Shown: positions 22,801 to 30,731 of the stretch, piece after piece
How the letters are laid out: the number at the start of each line of letters is the position of its first letter
Position numbering within the stretch: position 1 is the stretch's first letter
The notes under the pieces: model-generated
What the model saw: only the letters and a program-made list of their open reading frames with translations
Database searches by the model: none
What the model was told of the DNA's origin: nothing
Translations under genes and position numbers: made by a program
Source: Escherichia phage UE-M3
Sequence record: PP301342.1
Length of the DNA: 64,000 nucleotides
Strand: one strand, 5' to 3'

Positions 22801-25800
22801 CAGATTGAACGTAACCTGCGTAATATTGCTCTGGGTGTAGATATTCGTCACAAAGTAATGAACCAGGTACAGACTACTGTTGACCAGATGGCTGCTGTTG
22901 GTGCTCCTTATGTGAACAACGGTAAAATCTCTCTGGAAGGTCTGACCGTAGACCAACAAGTAGCTAAGCTAAATGAACTGTTCGATGCTGAATTAAACAA
23001 ACGTCGTGATGCAGTACGTGCTGCTAAAGTAGAACCAGTGAAAGAAGTGCCAGCAATGGAACAGGTTGGTCGTGTACTGAAGTCTGGTGTACGCCTACTG
23101 TCTAATACTGCTATCTCTAAGCTGGCTAAAGAGATGTCTCCGGAACAGCAAGCAGTACTGAAAGAAGTACAGAAATCCCTTGCTGCTAAAGACTATAAGG
23201 TTGTTTACGGTACACCTTCCCAACTGGATGCTTATGCTATTGAGAAGAATATTACTCGCCCAGCACCAGAAGATATTGAAGCTGCTGAAGCTGGTAATGC
23301 GTATGGTTGGACTAACTTTGAAGATAAGACCATCTACTTAGTTACCCCTTCCTTAGAGACTCTGGTTCATGAATTGGTGCATGCTTCTACTTTTGAATCT
23401 GTACTGGCTCACTATGAGGGTACTCCTAATGAAGCGGTCCAGAACATTGAAGACCTGATGAACCAGTTCCGTGCTCTGGATGTTAAGGATGAATCCCCGG
23501 CAGTTCGGGAAGCATATGCAGATGCTCTTAATACTATTAACGGTCATTTATCTAATGGCTTTATTGAGCCAGCAATGGCTAAAGCTGCTGCACTGAATGA
23601 GTACATGGCATGGGGTTTAACCAACCGTGAACTGATTAGTAAGCAGAAGAAAACCACTGCACTTAAGACTATGGTTCAGGCTGTATATGAAGCAATTAAA
23701 CGTCTGGTATTCGGGCGTAAGAAAGCACCAGCTAATGCAGATGATATGTTCTCTGGCTTACTGTTTAACTCGTCCGTAGTTATGCGTGGGCAAGCTCCTA
23801 CTGCTGCTGTAGCCAAAGATACTACTCTGTTCCATAACAAAACGTATGGTGACAATACTCGTCTGGAAGAGCTAGGGAAAACCTTCGATAAACTGATTAC
23901 TGACTACATTGGTTCTGAACCAGTACAGCAAGTAATTCGTAAAGGTAAGTTCTCTGATGCAGTGGTTAATGCGACTAAAGTAACTCGTGATGTTCAGGCT
24001 CATGGCTTCACTATGAATATGCAGGAACAACGTCTCTTTACTAACATTGTTGCTGCTCTGGCTACTGAGGCTGCTATTAATCCTGCTGCTCTGGCTCGTG
24101 CGCAGGAATACTACACACATGTTACTAAGAACCTGACCGTTGAGTCATTCATGGCTGACCCAGATAGTACTAACCCTGCTGACCGTTACTATGCACAGCA
24201 GAAGTTCGATACCATCATGGGTGCTAACAACATTGAGTTTGATTCACAAGGTCGTTCCTCCTTACTGCCTACCTTTATTGGTCTGGCGATGGTAAGTGAA
24301 GAGGTACGTAAAGTGCTGGCTGATATTCCAGTTATGAAAGTAGACAAGAAATCTGGCAATACCGCTGATGCAATGCTGACTAACATCGGTACTGCTGCAA
24401 TGGCTAGTCTGAATGCTCGTGTAGCAGGAGATACTAAAGCTACCAACGTACAGGAAGGTATGGATGCACTGGCTCAGACAATCATGCAGACCAGTCTTAA
24501 TGCACAATCCTTCTATGATTCCGTTGCTACTCCTACGGGTAATGCTATTGATCGTGCTAACCAGTATCTGGTGGACTCTATTGATGTACTGTCTACCCGT
24601 GCTTTAGAAGGTGCTCGTGAAGTTGCAGCTAATACCAAGAACCCGTTGGTTAAAGGTGCTGCCCATGCTGCACAATTAATAGCTGCTATTGCTACAGAGA
24701 AGAATGGTGCAATCGTAGCCGAAGGTGTTATGGCTGCAATGAACCAAGGTAAAGTATGGCAACCCTTTCACGATCTGGTTAATGACTTAACTGGTCGTAC
24801 TAAGAGTAATGCTTCTGTATATGATTTGATTAAGGCAGTGCGTGCCCAGGTACAGGCTGACCGTCAACAGTTCCGTGAACATCTGCCCACCACTATCGCA
24901 TCTAAGTTCAGCCGTAAGCTGACTAATGATGAGTGGAAAGCAATGCATACCGGTATGGGTAAAACCGACTTAGCTGTTCTGCGTGACACTATGTCTCTGG
25001 GTGAAATTCGTGACTTGCTGACTGACCAAAAGATTGTTGACCGTGAAGTGAATAAGCTGGAAGCAGATTTGCAGAAACAAGCAGGACGTAACTGGCCTTT
25101 GATTAGCCGTAAATCTAAGCAACTGGCTCAGTACATGATTAATGGCACAGTTGGTAATAACTTGCTGCGTAATGCTACTGCAATCTCTCGTATGCTGGGT
25201 GAACGACAGGCTGCACGTTCTACTGTAGACGTAGCTCAACTGGATAAACTGATTACTCTGTATGCACTGGAAGCAATGAGTAAGACTGACCGTGAGATGT
25301 TATCTTCACTGGCTCAATCAGAAGCTGATGGGATTGATTTTGCTACTTCTTATCTGGTTGGACAGCGTAAAGATGAAATGGCTAAAGCCAAATCTGACAT
25401 GCGTGCAACCCTGAACCAGTACAAAGGGTATATTCCTGGTGAGACTAAACAGGGTGTTAACTTGATTGTTGCTGAAGATAGTCAGTTTGCTGATTTGATT
25501 GAGAAGTCCTATGTACGTCTGGGTACTTATCAGGGTAGCTCTGCTAATCGTGGTCCAGCACGTAGCTACTACTTTGCACCGGTACAGGCACAGGCTCCAT
25601 TCTCGCAAGGTATCTTACAGAACGTTCGCAATACTGCTGGTGGTGTAGACCTTGGTACAGGCTTTACGATGGGTACAATGGTAGCTGGTCGTATCACTGA
25701 CAAGCCTTCTGTAGACCGTATCACTAAAGCACTGGCTCGCGGTGAACGTGGTAATGAACCACTGCTGCCTGTATATGATGATAAAGGCAATGTGGTTGCT

Positions 25801-27171
25801 TATGAGCAATCTATTGACCCTAACATGCTGAAGCACATTGAGGGTGAGAACCATCTCGCTCGTGCAATCGGTGTATGGCGTGGTCGTCAGGTAGAGGAAG
25901 CTAAGGCTCAGCGTTTCAACGATATGCTGATTGAGAACCTGCATAGCATGTATAAAAACGACATTAAAATGTCTGCCTCTAACAAGTCACAGTACGTTAA
26001 CCTTCTTGGTTCTAAACTGGACCCAGTAACTGCTGATGCCCTTAAGCTGATGAACAGTGAAACTCGTCAGAAAGCAGAAAGTCTGTTTGGTCCTGGTGAG
26101 TTGTGGGTACGTCGTGACATGCTGAATGATGCACTGGGCTATCGTGCAGCTTCCGTAGGTGATGCCTGGTCTGGCAATTCTCGTTGGTCACCAGAAACAC
26201 TGGATACCTTCAAGAAAGCTATGTTGGGTGTATTCGGCAACCGTGCTTATAAGTATGTAATGGGTGGTGAGAACCTGGTTCAAAACTTAGTTAAAGAAGC
26301 TAAGACTCTGATTGTAGTTAAATCAGTAGTTGTTCCTGCTGTTAACTTCCTGGCTAACCTTTACCAGATGGTTGGTCGTGGTGTACCTGTTAAGAACATT
26401 GCTAAGAGCATTCCACAGAAGACTGCTGAGATTAACCAGTACCTGAAATCTCGTCTGCGTCAGGTAGATGCAGAAGCAGAATTACGTGCAGCTACTAACC
26501 CGAACCAGATTCGTAAGCTTAAGGCTGAAATTCAGTCCATCACTGATAGTCATAAGCGTATGAGTATCTGGCCTCTGTTAGAAGCTGGTGAGTTTTCTTC
26601 AATTGCAGATGCTGGTATTGGACGAGATGACATCCTGATTACTGAAGGTAAACTTCACGAATACATGGATAAACTGGTTGATAAGTTACCTAAGTCTGTA
26701 CGTAATGCTGGACGTTATGCCCTTATCACCAAGGATACTGCTTTATTCCAGGGTATCCAGAAGACGGTTGAGTACTCTGACTTTATTGCTAAAGCAATCA
26801 TCTATGATGATTTGACTCAGCGTAAAGGTAAGACTCGTGAAGAAGCACTTGGACGTGTAACGGAAGAGTTCATTAACTATGACCGTCTGCCTGGTCGCTT
26901 CCGTGGGTATATGGAAAGTGTTGGTCTTATGTGGTTCTATAACTTTAAGATTCGTTCTGCAAAAATTGCAGTATCCATGATTCGTAACAACCCGGTACAC
27001 GCAGCTATGGCTATGTTGGCTCCAACTCCTACCATGTTTGGTAATGTTGGTTTACCTATTCAGGACAACATCTTCAGTATTGCTGCACAAGGCAATCTCG
27101 GTTACTCCTGGGGCTTCGGTCAGGGACTTCGTGCCCATAACCTTAACCCTTGGCTCAATCTAGCTAACTAA
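16819..27171 (+). CDS. Giant virion RNA polymerase (N4 gp50-like vRNAP)
   Basis: Uninterrupted ~10.4 kb ORF (3450 aa from ATG 16819; track start 16801 is TTG); size and position after capsid/virion genes match N4 vRNAP (~3500 aa as recalled); hairpin promoters for such an enzyme found elsewhere in window. Confidence 0.85.
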   Translation: MSTFDRLAGFADSITNAKQVDVSTATSQKQAAQGQSPFQLTPENAYNLQTGRVGNLGIGAFEPGSLQADFTQASPLEILNKYGNEQGLQILNSRANAADAVRQDLSKQRTNAEAFGDTLSGVGLGVANTLGGIAALGTGLVNDNAGASIASGMDWLNEGVHNLQSDALNATRKVVQNQNQISAQKNQRLYEEDIKNGENDLVASLSRIGRDAFDSVANTLNNGMAATDGLSEGVGSLFTGGPLIRGVSALGKVMVGGDKAVKGITLAAELGSRPAQVALSAGRVAAPAIAIGGMEAGGAYQQTASEIMKMSHQELASKSPVYQQHIADGLSPDEARRQTASETGIIAAGLTAPVAAATGPLVSKFELNPLKVGSLAGAGSNMLRETVEEGIQSGTSQFAQNKAIQGNVDAKRDLLKGVGEQAGLGALYGFGSAGVAQAPGTTVKAVGASAGPALRTTLAGASLVGSALAKAASPITNILVQRGEEVAKRNEQASPVSDATVNAAAQEATAQAEQAQATVQEAVDAMDISPEDKAAATQYAADLTQAMKFDPVELEQANPAIREAVSGSTNRVEAIQKMADLVNTAEDPNVQMEAAIQMYDNIMSMDSFINRDPGALANLEQGSPAANIVDQFSGLMANVQNTPKVLRAFRAIHSMIQEQAEAGKLKATEEANQAQANNIAMAADMSPEVLDADSVNMVLKHASEGKITLGNRQRAALQSAAALLQGAREFDAKAEELGLRPQDIVSKQIKTDESRSNEGQYSALQHAKRIRSAYNSGNFDLASAYLDDFMKFAQHMQNKVGALNEHLISGNADKNKSVHYQALTPSREWVRSRTGLGVNPYDTKSVKFAQQVGLEAKTVADIANALATAYPELNVSHVKVTPLDSRLDKPAAQVVKEFRQGGLDATQSQQTNEPVNQVDETPAPAQETTTTVQPKAKPVVENKTVPVKEASSKAEEVSTTKSETVDATLTNEDTTQKVAETKTEMETVFPVYNNDKTPNQFLKSFTLPEEPKSRTIGSESPLTDIKQALSSTARFEAFTQKENNALTSDVIKRYQDLMGFGETLKTTLSDRLAKFLANKNVGKRFAEGTEANRWVGGKLLNIVEKDGDTFKFNDQLLETAVLAGLQWRLTATQNAAVKDMKDVAAITGVEASLLPEGILAEFENAQTLVEATNSLAQKIESYWGLNRNPNAPLGYTKGIPMAMATEILSSLIEMGEVKESMLDVSEIDPDSNKTVGLYTIEKLDDNDAINKFPTAIEEAVLVEPEEKMYFGDDIPSVAQTQLRNPAVKNTPEQKAALKAEQATEFRVHMPMVNFYEALGRDNILELMGAGTLNPELLNVNTAKSLEGKNLSVSMAYDSLFGVINQLQEQENGLDTPIHYGYNMTRVGRMQMLGKNNPQSSKLVREAILPTFSTIDLSNENSQTFSDFQLGLSQALGIKVHNMSREAMSEKLTKALEGNLKPAVDMMVEFDKSGHLPADAVDILKTSLGGDKSFVALMALMEYARYLNSDDRANFNTPLYVEADGVTNGPINAMVLMTGGKFTSDWIKNTAKGGLFFGKAGKTMNEHRSQDDSVDLYEASTNGLQQALNELRTTYRNNVPVMNQMNHLQKLMDLFIKDFNLNEDGTLDLKRGIAKNPLTITIYGSGARGIAGKMVSAITDTIYERFSDVLQARAADPSISPAMAMFGKEAASEADAQAMLDTFLTSMEALTGNVPVMRKGELSIQQVEGALTGKLDPQKFTVSGNALKNLQENMLHLFVEPMRTGIRNTVGEGLMHSTENLQKATQIQSLVLQDMFQQAVQAKLAEKEKDPTWKKGDFLTQKELNEIQESLSPLAPMIETGSQTFYIAGSENTDVANQVLATNLDDRMRVPMSIYAPSQAGVAGIPFMTIGTGDGMMMQTLSTMKGAPKNTLKIFDGMNIGIDNITDASRKANEAVYTSWQGNPIKNVYESFTKFMKNVDFSKLSDETKQAIAKSALEYDQREGATDDLLRVGAEQIERNLRNIALGVDIRHKVMNQVQTTVDQMAAVGAPYVNNGKISLEGLTVDQQVAKLNELFDAELNKRRDAVRAAKVEPVKEVPAMEQVGRVLKSGVRLLSNTAISKLAKEMSPEQQAVLKEVQKSLAAKDYKVVYGTPSQLDAYAIEKNITRPAPEDIEAAEAGNAYGWTNFEDKTIYLVTPSLETLVHELVHASTFESVLAHYEGTPNEAVQNIEDLMNQFRALDVKDESPAVREAYADALNTINGHLSNGFIEPAMAKAAALNEYMAWGLTNRELISKQKKTTALKTMVQAVYEAIKRLVFGRKKAPANADDMFSGLLFNSSVVMRGQAPTAAVAKDTTLFHNKTYGDNTRLEELGKTFDKLITDYIGSEPVQQVIRKGKFSDAVVNATKVTRDVQAHGFTMNMQEQRLFTNIVAALATEAAINPAALARAQEYYTHVTKNLTVESFMADPDSTNPADRYYAQQKFDTIMGANNIEFDSQGRSSLLPTFIGLAMVSEEVRKVLADIPVMKVDKKSGNTADAMLTNIGTAAMASLNARVAGDTKATNVQEGMDALAQTIMQTSLNAQSFYDSVATPTGNAIDRANQYLVDSIDVLSTRALEGAREVAANTKNPLVKGAAHAAQLIAAIATEKNGAIVAEGVMAAMNQGKVWQPFHDLVNDLTGRTKSNASVYDLIKAVRAQVQADRQQFREHLPTTIASKFSRKLTNDEWKAMHTGMGKTDLAVLRDTMSLGEIRDLLTDQKIVDREVNKLEADLQKQAGRNWPLISRKSKQLAQYMINGTVGNNLLRNATAISRMLGERQAARSTVDVAQLDKLITLYALEAMSKTDREMLSSLAQSEADGIDFATSYLVGQRKDEMAKAKSDMRATLNQYKGYIPGETKQGVNLIVAEDSQFADLIEKSYVRLGTYQGSSANRGPARSYYFAPVQAQAPFSQGILQNVRNTAGGVDLGTGFTMGTMVAGRITDKPSVDRITKALARGERGNEPLLPVYDDKGNVVAYEQSIDPNMLKHIEGENHLARAIGVWRGRQVEEAKAQRFNDMLIENLHSMYKNDIKMSASNKSQYVNLLGSKLDPVTADALKLMNSETRQKAESLFGPGELWVRRDMLNDALGYRAASVGDAWSGNSRWSPETLDTFKKAMLGVFGNRAYKYVMGGENLVQNLVKEAKTLIVVKSVVVPAVNFLANLYQMVGRGVPVKNIAKSIPQKTAEINQYLKSRLRQVDAEAELRAATNPNQIRKLKAEIQSITDSHKRMSIWPLLEAGEFSSIADAGIGRDDILITEGKLHEYMDKLVDKLPKSVRNAGRYALITKDTALFQGIQKTVEYSDFIAKAIIYDDLTQRKGKTREEALGRVTEEFINYDRLPGRFRGYMESVGLMWFYNFKIRSAKIAVSMIRNNPVHAAMAMLAPTPTMFGNVGLPIQDNIFSIAAQGNLGYSWGFGQGLRAHNLNPWLNLAN

Positions 27172-27175
27172 ATGA

Positions 27176-27206
27176 AAAAGCCCCTCATTAGAGGGGCTTT
27201 AATTTT
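27176..27206. terminator. Bidirectional terminator between convergent vRNAP gene and minus-strand genes
   Basis: aaagcccctc-atta-gaggggcttt stem-loop flanked by A-run and T-run. Confidence 0.6.
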
Positions 27207-27208
27207 TA

Positions 27209-27709
27209 CTAAACTAACACCCAGTCTTCAGCTAATATATCTGATTGGGATGGGACCCAAGGCATAAACTGGTCATCAACAGTTTTGATTCCTAACCATG
27301 GACGAGGTTTCAATTCATCAGCAAGTCCTGGACGCTCTAAGCTACTGCTATTCCATTCTTGAGCAGCAACGTACTCAATGTACATTCCTTTACCATTCCA
27401 GCCTTTACGGGCTAGTTTGAAGCCGGATTTGAGAAGCTCTACTGCATGACCAAAGGTGCAACCTTTTTCTACGTCATGGTACGCAGTTTCAAATGCAGAT
27501 TTAGGTGACCAGCTAATATAGCCACGGAACTGAGGATGGTTAGACTTAGAGTCTGGGTACTCTACTAAGTAACCTTCTTCTAATGGGTCTTCATTAGCAG
27601 GTACATCCCAGCCACGAAGTTTGCAGTATGTTTCTTTGTTCATTCGGAAACCATTTACACACTTGGTTCCGATATAATTGGTAAAATGGACTTTAATTTC
27701 TTCTGACAT
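27209..27709 (-). CDS. Two-domain conserved phage protein; C-terminal part resembles DUF2829-type motif
   Basis: ORF track start 27736 is GTG; ATG 27709 has GAGG Shine-Dalgarno; motifs KGWNGKGMYIEY and WVPSQSDILAEDWVLV. Confidence 0.5.
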   Translation of the reverse strand: MSEEIKVHFTNYIGTKCVNGFRMNKETYCKLRGWDVPANEDPLEEGYLVEYPDSKSNHPQFRGYISWSPKSAFETAYHDVEKGCTFGHAVELLKSGFKLARKGWNGKGMYIEYVAAQEWNSSSLERPGLADELKPRPWLGIKTVDDQFMPWVPSQSDILAEDWVLV

Positions 27710-27726
27710 AACTACCTCAAATGAGA

Positions 27727-27757
27727 AAGCCCTCACTAGGAGGGCTTGTTTTGTTTT
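27727..27757 (+). terminator. Terminator-like hairpin with + strand polarity inside a minus-strand gene block
   Basis: aagccctc-actag-gagggctt perfect 8-bp stem followed by gttttgtttt on + strand; lies in leader of gene 27209..27709. Confidence 0.35.
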
Positions 27758-27827
27758 GGCTTCATGAGCCTTACCACATGTCGGGTAGTTCAGTACCTTT
27801 CGGTAAAAACTACCTTACACTTTTGAA

Positions 27828-28208
27828 TCAGATTGTACAACCACCACCATCACAGGTGTTGTTTTCTGCAAAGGAAGCCAGAGCTTTAGCAGTCTCTTCT
27901 TTCTCATGCAGTGCCTGACGTAGCAGGTAACCTTCTAATTCCCAAATCTTATTGAATGCATTTTCATATGCATACTGACGGCCTTTTTGCTCATCATAGA
28001 TAGCTGGGTCAACACAGGCAGATACACCTTCAACTTTGAAGCCATTTTCCAAGATGATAATGCAATAGGTTATCAGACCCAGGTTAGCCAAATCATCTGC
28101 CGGGAGTGCAGATGGATCAACAAATGCAGACTTCACTGCATCAGCTCCATTAAAATAGTAGACGCTCTTAATCTTAGCTTCGATTGCTTCTTTACTTACT
28201 GTTGCCAT
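27828..28208 (-). CDS. Conserved phage protein (possibly N4 gp49-like family)
   Basis: ATG 28208 with GAGG Shine-Dalgarno; family assignment from memory of Phage_gp49_66-like pattern, unverified. Confidence 0.45.
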   Translation of the reverse strand: MATVSKEAIEAKIKSVYYFNGADAVKSAFVDPSALPADDLANLGLITYCIIILENGFKVEGVSACVDPAIYDEQKGRQYAYENAFNKIWELEGYLLRQALHEKEETAKALASFAENNTCDGGGCTI

Positions 28209-28377
28209 TATTAGCCTCATAGAGTGGTTTGAGTTTGTACTTAAACATGACTGCGTTGTTATAGGCTACGCTACCTGCAAACACCAAAGACTTGCGTCCT
28301 CGATTATCCGTTACCTCATAGGCATACGGGGTTGAGATTAGGTCAATCATATTGATTATCCAATTATTAATACTCAA
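28192..28377 (-). CDS. Small hypothetical protein
   Basis: 61-aa ORF overlapping downstream gene start; preceded by terminator hairpin. Confidence 0.4.
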   Translation of the reverse strand: MSINNWIINMIDLISTPYAYEVTDNRGRKSLVFAGSVAYNNAVMFKYKLKPLYEANNGNSK

Positions 28378-28380
28378 ATA

Positions 28381-28420
28381 AAAAAGTCCCCCAGAGTGAC
28401 GGCTCCAGGGGACTTAGTAC
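28381..28420 (-). terminator. Hairpin with T-run on minus strand, downstream of tRNA cluster
   Basis: agtcccc...ggggact stem with long loop, A-run on + side (T-run for minus transcripts). Confidence 0.4.
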
Positions 28421-28658
28421 TATTTACCCATAGCTGGGAGGCTTTTGGTTCTTACCACGAAGACAGTCCACGCTGACTAGACTTGGGATTGATAGTCCCG
28501 TTCCTGTGGTAATTACTCAGGCTAGGATTTAAGGAGTTCCTATTCTCCAGCGAAATTCCCGTCGAGGGGAATAACAATACAATAGCAGTCACTGGACTGT
28601 CTTACCAGTGTTGTCTTTAGAGTGCGATGCAATCAGGACTATGTTACTGCTGAATGGG

Positions 28659-28732
28659 TGTCCACTACTGGATTTGAACCAGTGACTTTCCGATTATTAG
28701 TCGGTTGCTTTCCCCGTCTAAGCTAAGCGGAC
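28659..28732 (-). tRNA. tRNA, canonical cloverleaf; anticodon loop CUAAUAA (anticodon AAU, isotype tentative Ile)
   Basis: Minus strand folds with acceptor GTCCGCT/AGTGGAC, D-arm GCTT/AAGC, anticodon stem ACCGA/TCGGA, T-arm ACTGG-TTCAAAT-CCAGT; CCA not encoded. Confidence 0.6.
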
Positions 28733-28738
28733 ATAATA

Positions 28739-28814
28739 TGGTTACCCGGACAGGATTCGAACCTGCGTCCTAGTTGGTTTACTAGTGGGGCTTTACCACT
28801 AAGCCTACCGGGTA
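28739..28814 (-). tRNA. tRNA-like gene with encoded CCA but non-canonical anticodon loop (6- or 8-nt)
   Basis: Acceptor TACCCGG/CCGGGTA, D-arm GGCT-TAGTGGTAA-AGCC, T-arm GCAGG-TTCGAAT-CCTGT, 3-prime ACCA; anticodon region CTAGT-AAACCA-ACTAG cannot form a 7-nt loop. Confidence 0.55.
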
Positions 28815-29115
28815 TTAATAGGTGAGTCATGCCAGACTCTAACTGGCTCCTTCTTCGCAATCCTTACATACCCCTACATAATTATTGCGTTAAGCTTTTT
28901 TGTTTAAGTTTAAGTGAAGGCGTTCTTGCTGACTCATAATTGGGTTGGGCGTTTGACGAATGACTAGTTCGTTACTACCCGTTTGCCATAAGTACCTGGC
29001 GACTTTGGTTTGAGGTGGGAGTCCGAGTCCTGTACAGCCTTACCGTTCACACATTGGCAGCGTATCTAGAGTTGCACTTCCGGCAACTGGATTTAACTGT
29101 TACACCTCAAATAGG

Positions 29116-29215
29116 CAGTGGGGGATGGAATCGAACCATCAGTATTAAGTCTTATTCGTGCACCAAGCACGCTAGTAGATTACTCTACCGGAGGGAATCG
29201 AACCCTATCTACTTC
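29116..29215 (-). other. Two adjacent tRNA-like T-arm motifs with no canonical cloverleaf resolved by eye
   Basis: Minus strand GATGG-TTCGATT-CCATC and TAGGG-TTCGATT-CCCTC plus D-loop-like GGTAGAG; acceptor pairing not found at canonical distance. Confidence 0.3.
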
Positions 29216-29322
29216 ACCAGACCCACCATAATTCTTCCAATTTAGAGTAGCATTGTCACGGTGGGTGCTTTAAATGCCGGGAAACATTTAAATATACAAT
29301 GCTACTTTGAATTGGTTATCAG

Positions 29323-29436
29323 TGAAGGATTCGAACCTCCGGTTGGAGTCTATAGCTTACCGCAGCAGCCCTCCAATCTAGCGGTGTCACACTTAGTCCA
29401 AACTTGAACATGTCAAGCCATCTCGTGCAACTGATA
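29323..29436 (-). other. tRNA-like element with encoded CCA, unusually long (~114 nt)
   Basis: T-arm GGAGG-TTCGAAT-CCTTC, 3-prime ACTGATA-A-CCA; only complementary 5-prime strand TATCAGT lies 110 nt away; internal TTGGAG/CTCCAA stem. Confidence 0.35.
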
Positions 29437-29438
29437 AT

Positions 29439-29504
29439 TGGTTCCGGCGTCTGGACTCGAACCAGAACACTCATGCCGTGCACGACACTAGTACCTACAC
29501 CGGA
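29439..29504 (-). other. tRNA-like element with encoded CCA, unusually short or mis-delimited
   Basis: T-arm TCTGG-TTCGAGT-CCAGA, acceptor TCCGGTG/CGCCGGA, CCA encoded; body too short for a canonical tRNA. Confidence 0.3.
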
Positions 29505-29571
29505 ATTAATTGCCAGGGATTCCACCTGGCTCCATCTGTTTTTATAGTCACTCAGATATCGTCTGGACTGT

Positions 29572-29649
29572 AGGCATGGGTGGGAATCGAACCCACAAAC
29601 CATTCAGCACTGTAGCCTCACGCTCTACCTATTTGAGCTATCACATACC
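29572..29649 (-). other. tRNA-like element (T-arm and D-arm-like motifs, anticodon arm not canonical)
   Basis: GTGGG-TTCGATT-CCCAC T-arm, AGCTCAAATAGGTAGAGC D-arm-like, acceptor GGTATGT/CCATGCC with one mismatch. Confidence 0.35.
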
Positions 29650-30329
29650 ATTGATTAACTCCCCGTTTCTAATACATGGACGGGGACACTCCACGGTCGT
29701 TTGATAATCAGGACGACTCACTCCTGACTGACGCTTGGCTTATTAGGCTGCCATCAGAACAACATCATCGTTTGCATTTATGTTATTGGTTCGTTTCTAA
29801 AAAACCGCATAATCGCTTACGAAAACTATCAAAGAGTACACTAGCTCTGGGCCACGCTTGTGGACATCGGCCTACCTTCCACAGCTAATCAACTAATGCA
29901 CTCACTGATAGCCCATAATAGGGGGGAGGGGACGAATCCTCCCTTTATACCCTATATTGCATGTAAGATCTAACAGTTCGATGTTGTAGGTAGCTAGGCT
30001 ATCCGACATTTAACCCAGCCCATATAGGGGCTTATGTGATTAGAATGCTCAACATTGAGCGGTTAGTTTGATAAGGGATCTGAAGCCTTATCCTAAAGAT
30101 ACTAACCTTTGGGATATAGCCTAAGATTCAGAAATGGCCCCTATAGGGAGAGGCCATTGATTAACCCGAATGTTGCTTTACATTTGCTGTGATAACCAAT
30201 TCTTAAAATAGTCTGTCTGACGGATGGGGGTCCACCCCTAGCGTCAGTGCCATACGGCAAAGATTAAGTTAAGAAAGGTTATGATAGGAGTTCCTATCTC
30301 AAAGGATTCTAACAGAACCCTTCACGATA

Positions 30330-30500
30330 TTAACTACTCTTTTTTAATGCCTTTACTTCACCATCTTTATACCAAGCATATGGTATTAAGATTTTGCAAC
30401 CTTCTGAATCAATGTGGAATGCTTTGTTCCCTTCAACAGGTTCTCCACCCACGAAAGAACTAACCTTTCCATTGAGCCAGTGAATAGTAAATTTGTTCAT
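30330..30500 (-). CDS. Small ORF (56 aa) below ORF-track cutoff
   Basis: ATG 30500 to stop 30330 on minus strand; protein-like composition; weak Shine-Dalgarno. Confidence 0.25.
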   Translation of the reverse strand: MNKFTIHWLNGKVSSFVGGEPVEGNKAFHIDSEGCKILIPYAWYKDGEVKALKKSS

Positions 30501-30731
30501 GTTAACCCTGTTTGAACCAATCCCCTTCAGAGAGTATTAAAGGGGACTGGTTCGGTTGTTGTTATTCTGGCGGCTTGTCACCACCGTGTTTACCACTGCA
30601 TTTCCACAGGATAATGACAGTGATGATAAAAGCTATGTATGGAGCCGACACGTCTATAATCCTGACCAGTAGTAGCATCAGGACTATAAACACTACCACA
30701 CCTAGCAGCAGCTTCTGAGCCACCTACCAGA

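Noticed and set aside
17069-26000. Numerous 60-140-aa ORFs on both strands inside the vRNAP gene
   Set aside because: All lie within one uninterrupted 3450-codon frame with consistent coding character; the short frames lack start signals and are statistical by-products.
29015-29888. Short + strand ORFs 29015..29245, 29510..29704, 29676..29888 in the tRNA region
   Set aside because: They overlap tRNA-like elements on the opposite strand, have no ribosome-binding sites and odd composition.
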